Positions 26,586 through 41,159 of a DNA stretch of 64,000 bases are shown here, piece by piece. Numbering within the stretch: the stretch's first letter is position 1; each line of letters begins with the position of its first letter. Both the position numbers and the translations under genes were made by a program. A model generated the notes under the pieces. The model was given only the letters and a program-made list of their open reading frames with translations. It had not been told where the DNA came from and searched no databases. The stretch is from Octopus sinensis (lineage: Eukaryota): NCBI RefSeq assembly GCF_006345805.1, contig NC_043026.1, forward strand, positions 2,914,001-2,978,000, in the 5' to 3' direction.

Positions 26586-27183
26586 CAATAACAATAATAA
26601 TAATAATGATGATAATAATAATAATGATAATAATAACAACAACAACAATAATAATAATAATAATAATGATAATAATAATTATAATAATAATAATAATAAT
26701 AATAATATAATAATAATGATAATAATAATAATGATAATAATAAGTAAAGTTAATCTCCACATCAAAGTGGCTGTTCTATGTTACTATTAGTTTAATCCTA
26801 GGCAAACCTTCTGCCAGCTGGTTATGCACCATGTACATCATCATCATCATCATCAACATCATCATTAAACATCTATTGTCCATGCTGGCATGGGTTGGAC
26901 AGTTTGACTGGTCTGACACACAGGAAGGCTATCTTCCCAGTTAATCTTCCTCTTATGCGTCCATAGCTTACACTGGGTACATCTTCTTGAGTTTCTACCT
27001 ACACCTTTTCTACAGATTGAGCAGAGACATCTACCTGAAGGGGTGTGTGATGTGTTTGCCTTCCTACTTACTAGGACTTTAGTTTTTTGCAACATTGACT
27101 TTAAGGCCCTAATTCTTCGGCTAGAGGTGGCACTGCCAAATTTCTGTTCAAAGTGACAACTAGTCACTGATTTATAAATTAGA

Positions 27184-27538
27184 AAATTACTATTTGTAAA
27201 TCTCACAACGAGAGATATTTAGTAACAGTACTTTGGGAGTAAAGATTATTTGCCAACATAACATGGCAGTTCTGGTGCTGATGAAGAGAAATAACCCAGA
27301 AATCGCGATACACAGATATTGTTTTGAGCTGAGTGGGGGTGCTAGATTCCTTTGTTTGAAAATATAAGGACACAGATCGTATTGTACAGCCAGCTGGAGA
27401 TGATGTCTCCAGGTGGGGCTAAATTACAGCAACATTCATCCTAAACCAGGACTGCCATGTTATGTTGGCAAATAATCTTTACTCTAGATCACTGTTGCTC
27501 AATATCTCTCATTGAGACATTTACAAACAGTAATTTCC
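27184..27538. mobile_element. MITE-like element with ~90-bp inverted arms
   Basis: gagtaaagattatttgccaacataacatggcagt versus actgccatgttatgttggcaaataatctttactc. Confidence 0.6.
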
Positions 27539-27971
27539 AATATATATATATACCTCTACTCTCTTTTACTCTTCTACATGTTTCAATCATTTGACTGTGG
27601 CCATGCTGGAGCACTGACTTTTGTCAAAGAAACTGACCCCAGGACTTATTCTTTGCAAGCCTAGTACTTATTCTATCAGTCACTTTTCCTGAACTGCTAA
27701 GTTTCAGGGACATAAACACACAAATATTGATTGTCAAGTGATGGTGGTGGTGGTGTGTGTGTGTGAGGGGGGGGGTGACAAACGCAGACACACTCACACA
27801 CATACACAAAACAGGGTTCTTTCAGATACTGTCTACCAAATCAACATACAGGACTTTGGATGGCCCAAGGCTACAATAGAAGACACTTACCCAAGGTTCC
27901 ACTCAACAGGACTGTACCTGGAACCATGTGGTTGGGAAGCAAACTTCTTAGCACTCAGCCACTTCTGTGCC

Positions 27972-28015
<44 letters not shown>

Positions 28016-28285
28016 TATATGTATATATATATATATATTATATTATATTATATTAAATTAGAGATAAAACCACTATTAGGCAAATCAAACAGTGAAATAG
28101 TGGTTTTATCTCTAATTTAATATAATATAATATATTTATACTATAAAATTGGATTTAATCCTAAATCTAATTCTTCCCTGTAAGTTTGGATTTATTCCCT
28201 AATATTTTTATATACATATGAAGTTACTGCCGTGTGTGTATGTGTGCGTATAGCTGCTCAGTGCCTCTCCGAAAGAGAGAGAGGG

Positions 28286-28349
<64 letters not shown>

Positions 28350-28424
28350 TACATGTAACTGTGTGTGTTGTTGGCGATTTTTTTTCCCTCCATCTTCCCT
28401 TCCTTGGATCTTTCTTTTTCCTAT

Positions 28425-28459
28425 GTTTCTGACGAAGAGCTCCGCTCGAAACGTTAAAT
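28425..28459 (+). ncRNA. Minimal type I hammerhead-ribozyme motif
   Basis: gttt-CTGACGA-a-gagc-tcc-gctc-GAA-ACGT-t-aaat, in a short element between (TA)n tracts. Confidence 0.5.
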
Positions 28460-28541
28460 CCTTCTTCTTTCTTTCCTTTCCTGAGCATCCAATAATACTA
28501 TATTTGTTCCACGTCCTCGTGTTGTGTTTTCATGTTTGGAT

Positions 28542-28572
<31 letters not shown>

Positions 28573-29127
28573 CATATATTGGAGTGGTTGGCGTTAGGAA
28601 GGGCATCCAGCTGTAGAAACTCTGCCAGATCAAGACTGGGGCCTGGTGCAGCCATCTGGATTGCCAGCCCTCAGTCAAACCGTCCAACCCATGCTAGCAT
28701 GGAAAGCGGACATTAAATGACGACAATGATGTTGATGATGATACAATGGGCTTCTTTCAGTTTCTGTCTACCAAATCCACTCACAGGGCTTTGGTTGACA
28801 CTTGCACACGGTGCCATACAGTGGGACTGAACCCTGGAACCTTGTGGTTGGGAAGCAAGCTTCTTACCACACTGCCATAATGAATATAATAGGGTAAGTG
28901 GCAACACAAAAACTTGGGTCACTTTATTGCTCCAGCTGTGTGGATAAAGGTGCAGGCTTGAGTGGGTCAGGGTTAGGGGTTTGCTTTTCAATGCCTTCCT
29001 ATGTATGATGTCTGTGCAGATGGATGGTCTAAAATAGGGTTCAAAAGGTCAAAGGGTCAACTGTCAGAAATTCTAAAAAGAATTCTTTTGAATTGAATAG
29101 CAAATTTCTATTCAGGATATGGTCAGT

Positions 29128-30663
29128 TGAGTGTGTGTGTGTATTGTGTGTGTGTGTGTGTGTGTATTGTGTGTGTGTGTGTGTGTGTGCGTATGGGTGT
29201 GTATTGGGAGGGTGTGTGTGTATTATGTGTGTGCGTGTGTTTATTGTGTGTGTATGTATTGTGTGTGAGAGTGTGTGTGTATGTGTGTGTGTGTGCATGT
29301 GTGTGTGCGTGTGTGTGTGTGTGTATTGTATGTGTATTGTGTGTGTGCATGTGTGTGTATGTGTGTGTGAGTGTGTGTGTGTGTGTGTGTGTGTTGTGTG
29401 TGTATGTGTATTGTGTGCCTTTATGTGTGTGTGTGTGTGTGTGTGTGTGTATTGTGTGAGTGTGTGTGTGTGTGTGTATGTGTGTGTTGTGTTGTGTGAA
29501 GTGAATAAAAGATGGTGTGAAAGAGTTTAGGAAGAAATTGTTTTTTCTTTTATTCCATGCTGTGTTTTGTTTGGGTTTCTTTTTTGGGGGTGGGGGCGAG
29601 GGGAGGGGGGAAGGAATTATTTTTGTGTCAAAACATTTTTTTACTTCCTTTTTATTCAGAATCTGCTCAGAAGTATGTCAATAAGTGTGTTAAATGGATT
29701 TTAGGTGAGGGCGGGGGTTGTGGTGGTGGTCCAGAATATTCCATTCAGTAAAATCCTCCAGATCCCTTAAATCCCATTTTAGCACAAGCAGCTGATCAAA
29801 AAAGGGCTTTAATACAAAAAGAGTTCCTTGCCCCCAAAAAACAAAACACACACACACAACACACACACATGCAAAATACACACACACACATAAAGGCACA
29901 CAATACACACACACACACAAACACACACTCACACACATAAAGGCACACAATACACATACACACACAACACACACACACACACACATAAAGGCACACAATA
30001 CACATACACACACCAACACACACACACACACATAAAGGCACACAATACACATACACACACAACACACACACACACACATAAAGGCACACAATACACATAC
30101 ACACACAAACACACACACACACACATAAAGGCACACAATACACACACACACACAACACAAACACACGCAAAATACACACACACACACATAAAGGCACACA
30201 ATACACATACACACACAACACACACACACACACATAAAGGCACACAATACAAATACACACACAACACACACACATGCAAAATACAACACACACACATAAA
30301 GGCACACAATACACACACACACACAAACAACACACACACACACATAAAGGCACACAATACACATACACACACAACACACACACACACACATAAAGGCACA
30401 CAATACACACACACACACAACACAAACACACATGCAAAATACACACACACACACATAAAGGCACACAATACACATACACACACAACACACACACACACAT
30501 AAAGGCACACATACCACACACACCAACACAAACCCAACACATGCAAAATACACACACACACATAAAGGCACACAATACACATACACACACAACACACACA
30601 CATGCAAAATACACACACACGCACACATAAAGGCACACAATACACATACACACATGCAAAATA
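29128..30663. repeat. GT and CA-rich minisatellites (unit containing cataaaggcacacaatacacata)
   Basis: About 20 units at 29845-30663; the same motif occurs in inverted orientation near 29400-29430. Confidence 0.9.
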
Positions 30664-30763
30664 NNNNNNNNNNNNNNNNNNNNNNNNNNNNNNNNNNNNN
30701 NNNNNNNNNNNNNNNNNNNNNNNNNNNNNNNNNNNNNNNNNNNNNNNNNNNNNNNNNNNNNNN
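30664..30763. other. Assembly gap (100 N)
   Basis: Run of N. Confidence 1.
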
Positions 30764-33480
30764 TCGCAAAATCTTTCATCTTACGCTGTTTACTTTGTCA
30801 TCTGTGGTCTTCTTGCTCCAATAGGATGGCATCCAGCAACAGGACCTCCGTAATGCTATGATGGACCTTGAAGTCTGGCGTAGCATGGTAAATTCCATTG
30901 TCTCGATCACGGTCGAACAATGATGATGAATGATTCTGCCAGCTTAGCACCAGCATTCCAATGTGATTATGCCAAGTCTTTCGAGGACTACATTGACCAA
31001 TGTGTCCTTCCCGACTCTCAGGCAGTCAGTGATGTGAGGGGGATTTGGCAGGTGTTTCTTACAATTGCAGGTGAGGTGAAGAGTTTCCATGATTTGACAA
31101 TAAAACCTGGCCACTGATATGGCTGTATGGTTAAGGAATTCACGACTAAGGCTGGTTTTAAGCCAATTGGAGAGGTTTGTTCAAACTGGGCTTTGAGCAG
31201 AAGATGCTTTGGTGAACTAAAACCCTTTGACAGCCAGAAATGTATGTTTATAGAAGGCCTCTTCACAAACACAGGGTGACTTGCCTGATGACCATAGAAA
31301 GAGAGAGAGAGATTGCTGTAAGGGGACAGAGAGCATGAGAATTCTCCTTAAGGAGGGAGAAATGTTTTAGGGTTTGTATCTTATCTCTTTCTTTGTGTGT
31401 GTGTGCTTTTTCTTTGTCTTGAGAGGTCTTTTTCCTATTAGGGAAAGAGTATAGGTTGTTTGGTGGAGGCACATGGCCTAGTGGTCAGAGCAGCAGAGTT
31501 GTGGTCAAGGGATCGTAGGTTCGAATCTCAAACCAGGCAATGTGTGTGTTTATGAGTGAAACACCTAAGCTCCATGTGGCTCCAGGAGAAGGTAATGGTG
31601 AACTTCTGTTGACTCTTTCGTCACAACTTTCTCTTACTTTTTCCTCCTGCATGTAGCAGCTCACCTGTGACGGACCAGTGTCCCATCCAATGAAACTGGG
31701 AAACTGGCCCTTATGAGCCAGGCATGGCTCAAGAAGGAACAAACAACAACAAATAGAGTGCTTCCATTTTCCCATAAAATCCCTTTATTAGACATTCCTG
31801 TAGTTGTAGATAGTGCTATTTCACCCTTATCCTAGACTCTTCAGTAAAACACGACTTGAGAACTTGAAATTGTATCTTTGAAACATTTACAAATTCAATA
31901 CAATTTTCTTATCTTGACTTGTAATAAAACATTAAAACTTTCATATGAGCTTTCAATTTTTAGTAAATCATTATGGCTAATGGTGGGGTCTTAAGCCCTT
32001 AACATTTTTTGGTTAGGTTTGGCATACTACACAAAGCATAAAACATTGATCTTTAGCTTTTGTAGAATAGAGGGGGTGCCCAATAACAATTTTCTAAATG
32101 GGTCCTGCACTTCCTAGCACCGGCCCAGTTCATTATTACATTGATTGGGTTTCAAGCCCAATGTGAGGTACTTTGGATGCTTCTATAAGAATCTTCTCTC
32201 TTGCAAGCATTTAAGTCAGATGCTGGGGTCAGACAATTATTTCCTCCCTTTAGGGTTGGAAGCCCTGAAAGAGGGTCATGGATGGATACTACATCTAAGT
32301 CAGTTGAAGTAAAACTGTTTATGTTGGTAGACTACATTGAAGTTGAATCATGTTTCAAAACCAATTTATTACTCCCAAACCTATTTTCGTTTAAAATATA
32401 AATATTCAATGAAAAGTAACAAATGTAAAAAAAATATCTTTGGATTTTTGTCTTAAATGCAATCATAATGGTAGCCCCCCCCCCACTTCCCTTGCCCCAG
32501 TTTGACCAAGTGGTGTTGGTTTGTTTATATCCCCATGACTTAGCGGTTTGGCTAAAAGAGACTGCTAAAATAAATACCAGGCTTAAAAATTAGCACTGGG
32601 ATCAATTTGTTTGACCAAACCCTTTAAGGTGGTGCCCCAGCATGGCCGCAGTCTAATGACTAAAAAATAAAAGAATATACATATATATTCTTTTATTTGT
32701 TTCAGTCATTAGAATGTGGCCATGCTGGGGCACCACCGTGAAGAATTTTTAGTCAAATGAATCAATCCCCCCCCCCAGGACTTATTTATTTTTCAACTTG
32801 GTACTTATTCTATCAGTCTCTTTTGCCGAACTGTTAGTGAGAGACAAACACAGACACAAAGACACACACACACACACACATATGATGAGCTTCTTTCTGT
32901 TTCTGTCTACCAAATCCACTCACAAGGCTTTGGTCGATTCAAGGCAATAGGAGAAGAGATATGTCCAAGGTGCCATGCAGTGGAATTGAAACCAGAACCA
33001 TTTGGTTGGAAAACAAGCTTCTTACCACAAAGACAGGCATACATATACCTTATATATTGCCCTGTGAGAAAGGCTGTGGGAGACCACTAATCGTATCCCT
33101 TTCTCCAGAAATATAGAATGATTGAATGAGTGGCCAGCAACCTTATCTCATAGAAAAAACCCCTGGTATGCCACTAAATGCCATCCAAGGATGGTATGCA
33201 GTGCAGTGGAGCAGTAATCCCCAACAATTTTTGCAGTATGAACTGGATTCATGCAAGAAAATTGTTTTCCTGTCTGGGAGACCATGCACATAAAACACAT
33301 ATAATACATAATTTAATAATGACATATTGGAGTGGATGTGTGGTAAGTAGCTTGCTTACCAACCACACGGTTCCGGGTTCAGTCCTACTGCATGGCACCT
33401 TGGACAAGTGTCTTCTACCATAGCCTCGGGCCGACCAAAGCCTAGTGGATTTGGTAGACGGAAACTGAAAGAAGCCATTC

Positions 33481-33546
<66 letters not shown>

Positions 33547-34964
33547 ATGTATATGTGTGTGTATGTTTGTGTGTCTGTGTTTGTCCGACCAACACCGCTT
33601 GACAACCGATGCTGGTGTGTTTACGTCCCCGTAACTTAGCGGTTCGGTAAAAGTGACCGATAGAATAAATATTAGGCTTACAAAGAATAAGTCCTGGGGT
33701 CGATTTGCTCGACTTAAGGTGGTGCTCCAGCATGGCCTCAGTCAAATGACTGAAACAAGTAAAAGAGTGAAGAGTAATATATTGGTTTTAAATTCTGGCA
33801 CTTGGCCAGAAACTTCAGGGAAGGAGATGAGTCAGTTACATCGAGCCCAGTCTAATGACTGGTATTGACTTTATTGACCTCATGACGATGAAAGTTAAAG
33901 TTGACCTTGGTGGAATTTGAACTCAGAATGTAAAGACAGACAAAACACTGCTAAGCATTTTGCTTGGCATTCTATCAATTCTACCAACTCACCACCTTAA
34001 TTACTACATATATTAATTGCCAACGTAATTATGACATTGTATATTATGCTCTTTGTCTCTACAATCATTACATTGTAATATATATAAAGAAATGTAGCAG
34101 TGTTGTTAGATTGTCACAGTTAACTTGTTGGCTCAATTTATCAGTTGAGGAAAAAACTGAGATTTAGACAAGTCACAGGCAATGGCAGAAGTGGGGACTT
34201 TCCAAAATGTAACACTCCACACACTGTGGTTGTTCGGTTCTTTTATTCTCTTACTTGTTTCAGTCATTTGACTGTGGCCATGCTGGAGTACTGCTTCAAA
34301 GGGTTTTAGCTGAAGAAATCGAACCCAAGACTTATTCTTTATAAGCCTAGTACTTATTCTATCAGTCTCTTTGGCTGAATGGCTAAGTTATAGGGATGTA
34401 AACACACCAGCATCGGTTGTCAAGTGATGGCAGGAGGACAAACATAGACACACACACAGATATATATACATATCTATCTATCTGTCTATCTATATACACT
34501 GGGCTTCTTTCAGTTTCTGTCTACCAAATCCACTGACAAGGCTTTGGTTGGCCAGAGGCTATAGTAGAAGACACTTGCCCAATGTGCCATGCAGTGGAAT
34601 GGAACTCAGAATCATGTGGTTGGGAAGCAAGCTTCTTATCACACAGCCATTCCTGTCAATAAAATAGAAATAATATTTTAAAATTTATTCTTTCTGTGCA
34701 GCCCAGTACCAAATGATCCATGGCCCATGGATGCAAGTGACCCATAGCCCATGGTTGGGGACCTCTGCAGTACAGTACAGCACAAAATGGTATTAGTAAT
34801 AATAAACACATTGACACATACTCTCTCTCTCTCTCTTTCTTGCTTTCTGAATATCTGAGAACCTCTACGTGGTTGATCAGTCCACTAGAAATAGCAGCTA
34901 AATTCCTCCCAAAATCACTCTTTGCTGTCTTAGAATAGATGAAACACATTTGATAATCTTTCCA

Positions 34965-35175
34965 ACAACCTTGGGCATCTTTTTGAATTCCATGTGTCTA
35001 TCTCTCATGGACATGCTACGAAATCAAAACAACAACACAGTTCCAATGACCTTTGGGGAACATTTATCACATTCATAATTGCCGAAGCATGGAATAAACT
35101 ACCCACATCAGTTGTTGGCTGCCGAGACACTACATCCTTCAAAATTTCCATGTTTCCTGAAATTCACTAACAGAA
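34965..35175 (+). mobile_element. CR1-like LINE 3' fragment (a similar relic at about 35700-35835)
   Basis: Translates HGHA...AEAWNKLPTSVV...SFK, typical of CR1 ORF2 ends. Confidence 0.5.
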
Positions 35176-35966
35176 TACCTAAGGCCATTGACTCCCCAGT
35201 TTTTTTTAAAGACCTATTCACTCTTCACTTCCTACTATTTTACTCTTTTACTTGTTTCAGTCATTTGACTGCGGCCATGCTGGAGCACCGCCTTTAGTCG
35301 AGCAAATCGACCCTGGAACTTATTCTTTGTAAGCCCAGTACTTATTCTATCGGTCTCTTTTGCCGAACTGCTAAGTGACGGGGATGCAAACACACCAGCA
35401 TCGGTTGTCAAGCAATGCTAGGGGGACAAACACAGACACACAAGCATACACACACACATACATATATATATATATATGTATATATATATACATATATACG
35501 ACAGGCTTCTTTCAGTTTCCGTCTACCAAATCCACTCACAAGGCATTGGTCGGCCCGGGGCTATAGCAGAAGACACTTGCCCAAGATGCCACGCAGTGGG
35601 ACTGAACCCAGAACCATGTGGTTGGTTAGCAAGCTACTTACCACACAGCCACTCCTGTGCATATACTATGCACTGTTCTTGCAGTTTTGTTTACTTTTAC
35701 TGATGAGTTGTAGTGCAGCACCTGAGCACTGTATACAACAAGTAAGCTGCCGGACGAGATGGTGAAGATGCCGACGACCGCTCGGTTCAAAGTCTCCCTT
35801 GACCACAAGTGGCCTGAACTCTTTACATGAACACCACCCTGTACATAACTTCATGTCCCCCTACATGGCCTTGCTCTTTGATTTTTGAGCCAAAAAATTA
35901 ACTAAGTTCATTATATATTAATGTTGTACTGGATTAATCAAATCTGAAAATAAACTGAAACAGTCA

Positions 35967-36382
35967 GGAGTGGCTGTGTGGTAAGTAGCTTGCTTACCAA
36001 CCTCATGGTTCTGGGTTCAGTCCCACTGCGTGGCACCTTGGGCAAGTGTCTTCTACTATAGCCTCGAGCTGACCAAAGCCTTGTGAGTGGATTTGGTAGA
36101 CGGAAACTGAAAGAAGCCCGTCGTATATATGTATATATCGTTATGTTTGTATGTGTGTGTGCGTGTATGTTTGTGTGTCTGTGTTTGTCCCCCTAGCATT
36201 GCTTGACAACCGATGCTGGTGTGTTTACGTCCCCGTCACTTAGCGGTTCGGCAAAAAAGACCGATAGAATAAGTACTGGGCTTACAAAGAATAAGTCCCG
36301 GGGTCGAGTTGCTCGACTAAAGGCGGTGCTCCAGCATGGCCGCAGTCATCTGACTGAAACAAGTAAAAGAGTAAGAGAGTAA
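35967..36382 (+). mobile_element. Full-length tRNA-derived SINE (family copies at about 18240-18570 +, 27560-27965 -, 32688-33035 -, 33329-33775 +, 34240-34655 -, 35240-35657 -, 42119-42478 +, 44168-44520 -)
   Basis: A box tggctgtgtgg, B box ggttcagtccc, internal TA/TG microsatellite, tail aagtaaaagagtaagagagt. Confidence 0.88.
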
Positions 36383-36683
36383 GGGAGAGTCATAAGTCGG
36401 AGGCCTTCATTAGAGTCCTCCCAGATCAGAGATGACCAACTGACTAAAGAACAACAACAACAACAATAATTATGACAACAGCTGAACAGTTGAAAGAGTT
36501 TTTATTATTCATATTGAACTTTGTTTTTATTTTCATTTTAATAACAGACAACAGCCAACAACAACAACAAGAATAAGAAAAAACGATTTTTTTTCTTTTT
36601 ATTTATATTAAAACTGAAATGAATAAAAAAATTTTTTTTTATAGGAAACAAAAAATATTGCCCTTTAATCTTTTGCTATTTTT

Positions 36684-36724
<41 letters not shown>

Positions 36725-39700
36725 TGTGTGTGTGTGTCTGTGTGTGTGTGTGTGTGTGTGAGTGTGTGTGTATGTGTGTGCATGTATGTATGTCTGTATG
36801 TAACCCTAACCCTTATCTATCATCAGTAGTTCATATATCCATAAAAGAAGCACTATAAAACATCAGAGCAGTAATACAGGTGCAACATCATGCCCCTGGC
36901 CAGCCACATATGGGGCTTAGAAGAGGGCACCCTACACATAATAAAATGGAAGTTCCTTGAACCGGGGACATATATAAATGGGAGCAAATGATGTCAGCTT
37001 TGCTTGGCAGAGAGAGAGCAAGAATCCTACAAAAAACTTACTCAACCTGGAGCCTTTTTAAACTCCAGGAAAGAGGTATTTAGTCAACGTTCTCATCTGA
37101 CACATTTTCTGTTACAAGCATGGAATTCCTCATTCACCAAATTGAGCCACAACAACAACTTTGAATATCACAACGATTGGAACTGATGTAACTGGTATAA
37201 CCCTGTCCTGTCTGAAAACACCTACTGCATGGCCTTTTTAGTTGTATGTTTTTTGTTTACAAACCTAACTGACCATGATGTCTTCCTTCCTCCGGTTCTA
37301 CAAAGACTATGTGCCTTCAGCCATTTGAGTGTGACGAGTCACCTATACAGCCAAGCACTTTATAGGTGTGAAACCAATGGTTACCCTCTGACCAGCCATA
37401 ACAATCAACTTCCTAAAAAAATCTATCTATCTATGTGTGTGTATATATATATCATCATCATCATTTAACATCTGTCTTCCATGCTGATATGGGTTGAATG
37501 GTTTGACAGGAACCAACCAGGCAGAAGACTACACCAGGCTACTGTGTCTGTTTTGGCAGGGTTTTTATGGCATAGAGTGAACTGAAAGTTCTTTACATGG
37601 CACCAGTACAGGTGAGGTATTTTTGACATGGATTTTCAGCTGGATGCCCTTCCAAATGCCAACCACTTCACAGTGAGGCCTGGATGTTTTTTATGTGGCA
37701 CAGAGAGAGGGGGGAGAAAGAGCGAGGGAGAGAAGAGAAAGATGGAGAGAGAGATAGGGAGGGAGATGGAGAAGGGAAGGAGGGCGAGGGTGAAATAGAG
37801 AGAGAGAGAGTGAGAGAGTATGTGTGTGTGGTTCAAATTTATAGAAAGCAAAAGACAAAGACAGGTGAAGGAACAGCAATCAGGTGTATTAGTTTGATGC
37901 CCAGGAAGACTGAAAATGTCTTTGATGTTTTGTGCCTCTGCTCTTCCACAAGAAGGATTGAGAGGGGAAAAAATGGGGAGAGAAAAAAATGTGTTGTGAT
38001 GAATTGATTGGAAGGAAGAGGGCTGGCTTAACTTCTCATCTCAGAACTCAACCTCTGTGTGTGTGTGTGTGTGCTTGTATATGTGTGTGTGTGTGTGTGT
38101 GTATGTGTGTGAGTGCATGTGTGTATGTGCATGTGTGTATGTGTATGTTATGTGTGCATGTGTGTGTGCCTATGTGTGTGTATGTGCATGCATAAGTGTA
38201 TGAGTGTGTATGTGTGTGTGTGTGTGTGTGTATGAATGTGTGTGTGTGTGTGTTATTGATATAACACAACCACAACACTACACCCTTAACACTTGTACAT
38301 GAAGTTTTATTTAATCACTCAGTCTGCTGAAAAAGAAACAACAGCCAAGCTTCCCTAAAATGGCATCTAACTGTTTAAGAAGAAAGGATAATGTAGTCTT
38401 CCATAAACGCTATGTCTGAATAAAGACAGGTTGGTCATGTATGGAACATCTATTTGATCATAGAATTGTTTTGTCAAAGTTGATGCCAACAAGGAATGAC
38501 ACATTGAATAATGGATCTTTAGATGCTTGCTTAAAGGGGCTGGGGTCATCCCAGGATGCTGGTCCCAGAGGCATCATCATGTGTACAGCTGACCAGTGCT
38601 CTCCATCGCTGGTAATTCTGTGCCAACCTCTCTGCATCTCCCTCCTGGCTCTGCTCTTGTCATAGTGACGGGGCTTTGCATGCTCCATAGATCCAAGAGA
38701 GCACTACCATCTGGAGTTTTGCTCCTGGCAAGGGCCACCCTGGGTGTTCTGGTATTCTTGGTGTTCTGACGAGGTCCCAGACAAATGGTGACCCACAGCA
38801 CATCATCAGGATAGCTGCCCTATCACCTGACTATTCTGTGGAGGACCAATGACCCACCCAGAAGAATCCTTAATGTGTTATGACACTGACCAGAAGAAAC
38901 CATTCTGACCAACTTTGGAATGAACCCCTAAATGTATTCAATGAGTATTCTTAGATACGCTGACTAAATAAAGATGGGATGTCTATGGCTGGAACCTCTA
39001 TTTGATTATAGGTCCGAATTGGAACTTAGGCAATATAGGCTTAGATGCACACTCTGGAGATAAGTAAACTTAGTTGAAGGTTACCTTCTTGAGTCAGGCC
39101 AACTCATAAGGGCCAGTCTCCTGGTTTCCAGGGTGTATAAATTCCTCACTTGGACCGGACACCAGTCCATCACAGGATAACTCATTTTTGCCAACTGAGT
39201 GGACTGGAGTAACATGAAATGAAGTGTTTTGCTCAAGTCCAGGAATTGAATCCACAATCTTATGGTTGTGAATGAGTCCAACACCCTAACCACTAAGCAA
39301 TGCACCTCCACTAGAGGTCATACACCTCCACTTGAATGGCAGCACCAGAAACTAACAAAGCAGCTTTATGTGGCCACTTGTAGGAAATAGTAACGATAAC
39401 TTAATCACATTGCTTTCTTGTGTAAAGATCCCCCTTCACTGATGAAGGCACAAGTCTGGGCAAGGTTGTTTTGTGGAAGGCCAGCAGTCACCCATGCATA
39501 CCGGCCTCCCCTCTACACATCACTGATGTTGTCCAAGGGAAAGGCAAAGGGGCTGATACAGCTGGAAACCAGTGATGTTGCAACTCATTTCTACAGCTGA
39601 GTGAACTGGAGCAAGGTGAAAATAAAGAGTCTTGCTCAAGAACATGACACACAGCTCTTATATCTTAAAAGAAGAAGAAATGACACATTAGATAATGTAG

Positions 39701-40056
39701 TCCTAGAGACTCGATGCCGGAATAAAAGACAGGATTAAACAATAACAACAACAACAACAAAATTTTAATTTAACATTAACAGATCTGGAGTATTTTGGTC
39801 TTTTTCCCCCACAACTTGCCATGTCATTTGAAGGGAACTTCTAAGTGGTGGCTTGACTTGCTACAATTGGCAGTGAAATCGCATCATCATGTCTCAAAAA
39901 AAAAATGGAGGGACGCCTTGAATAATGTAGTCTTGGCTACACAAAATGGCAAGGTGGTCATGGTAGGAATGTCTTTGATGGAATGTCTCATTCAGCAAGG
40001 CTAACTTTGGGTCAGGCAACCACCACCATAACAACAACAACAACAACAACAGCAAC

Positions 40057-40099
<43 letters not shown>

Positions 40100-40422
40100 G
40101 TTTAGTGCCCACTTTTCCAGGCTTGCATGGATTGGACAGAGTCTGAGGCAGATTTTCTATAACCAGCTGCCCTTCCAAGCAAGGTAGCATTTTCCTATGG
40201 TCAGCCATGTTCTCACAGAATACTGGAAATGAATGACACTGCTTGTACGACAGTGACACTCGTTTACGAGTCTCATGCAATATCAAGACAAAGAGACAGA
40301 AACGCATGCACACAGATACACACAGAGTCACACAGAGTCACACACTCATGTTCATACACACACTCACACTTTCACACGCACACATGCACACTTACACTCA
40401 TATACATACATACTCACACACA

Positions 40423-40469
<47 letters not shown>

Positions 40470-40835
40470 GCACACACATATTTATAAACTACAGGAGACT
40501 TTCAGTTTCTGTCTACCAAATCCACTAACAAATTATGGTCATCTTGGGGCTATAGAAAACTGAAAACCCTAAAATACTCCACAAATCCATCACCACCACC
40601 ATCACCACTACTCTTTCCTTAACCCTTTAGCATTCAGGTAACTCTGTCGAATGTATTTATATTACTTTAAATGAATCATGCAATTGCTTGAAGCTTCAAG
40701 ATTTTGATGATGTGATTGCTTACTTTTAGAATGACATGGTAGGATAAGTGTGAGAGATCAGATCTGGACACTTTGAACGTAAGTGCTAAAAGGTATAAAA
40801 AGTATAAAGTATAAACAACAGAACTCTTGTATACA

Positions 40836-40954
40836 TCACTCATCATCAATTCTTCTTCTCTTAATATATGGATGTAGTGCAGGTATTTTCTGTCGCTTTG
40901 AAAGCCCAATGCGTAAAATCTTTCTAATATTCATTGTTGGAGAATCAACAATTG
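40836..40954 (-). CDS. Terminal coding exon encoding a RAD51-interacting motif (RAD51AP1/RAD51AP2 type)
   Basis: Acceptor tttgtttcttgtcttcggcag, phase 1. (A)IVDSPTMNIRKILRIGLSKRQKIPALHPYIKRRRIDDE-TGA resembles the recalled RAD51AP1 LRLGLSRLARVKPLHP and RAD51AP2 IRIGLSRKARIKQLHPY. Confidence 0.82.
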
Positions 40955-41159
40955 CTGCCGAAGACAAGAAACAAATTTTATGGTTATTCATCGTCATTTA
41001 ATGCCCATTGTCCGTGCTAGCATGGGTTGGACGGTTTGACTAGACCTGGCAAACTGGGGAGCTGCACCAGACTCCAGTCTGATCTGGTTTCTATGGTTGG
41101 ATGAGGCCCTTCCTAATGCCAACCACTTTACAGGGTGTGCTGGGTTCTGTATGTAGTGC

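Noticed and set aside
26490-26760. Hydrophobic poly-Ile/Leu N-terminus of the 401-aa ORF
   Set aside because: An (AAT)n microsatellite read in frame with a truncated LINE.
30920-31117. Short ORF with a possible donor (ttgcag|gtgagg)
   Set aside because: No recognisable homology, no clear acceptor and no partner exons.
36801-36813. taaccctaaccct telomere-like motif
   Set aside because: Only two units; expected by chance.
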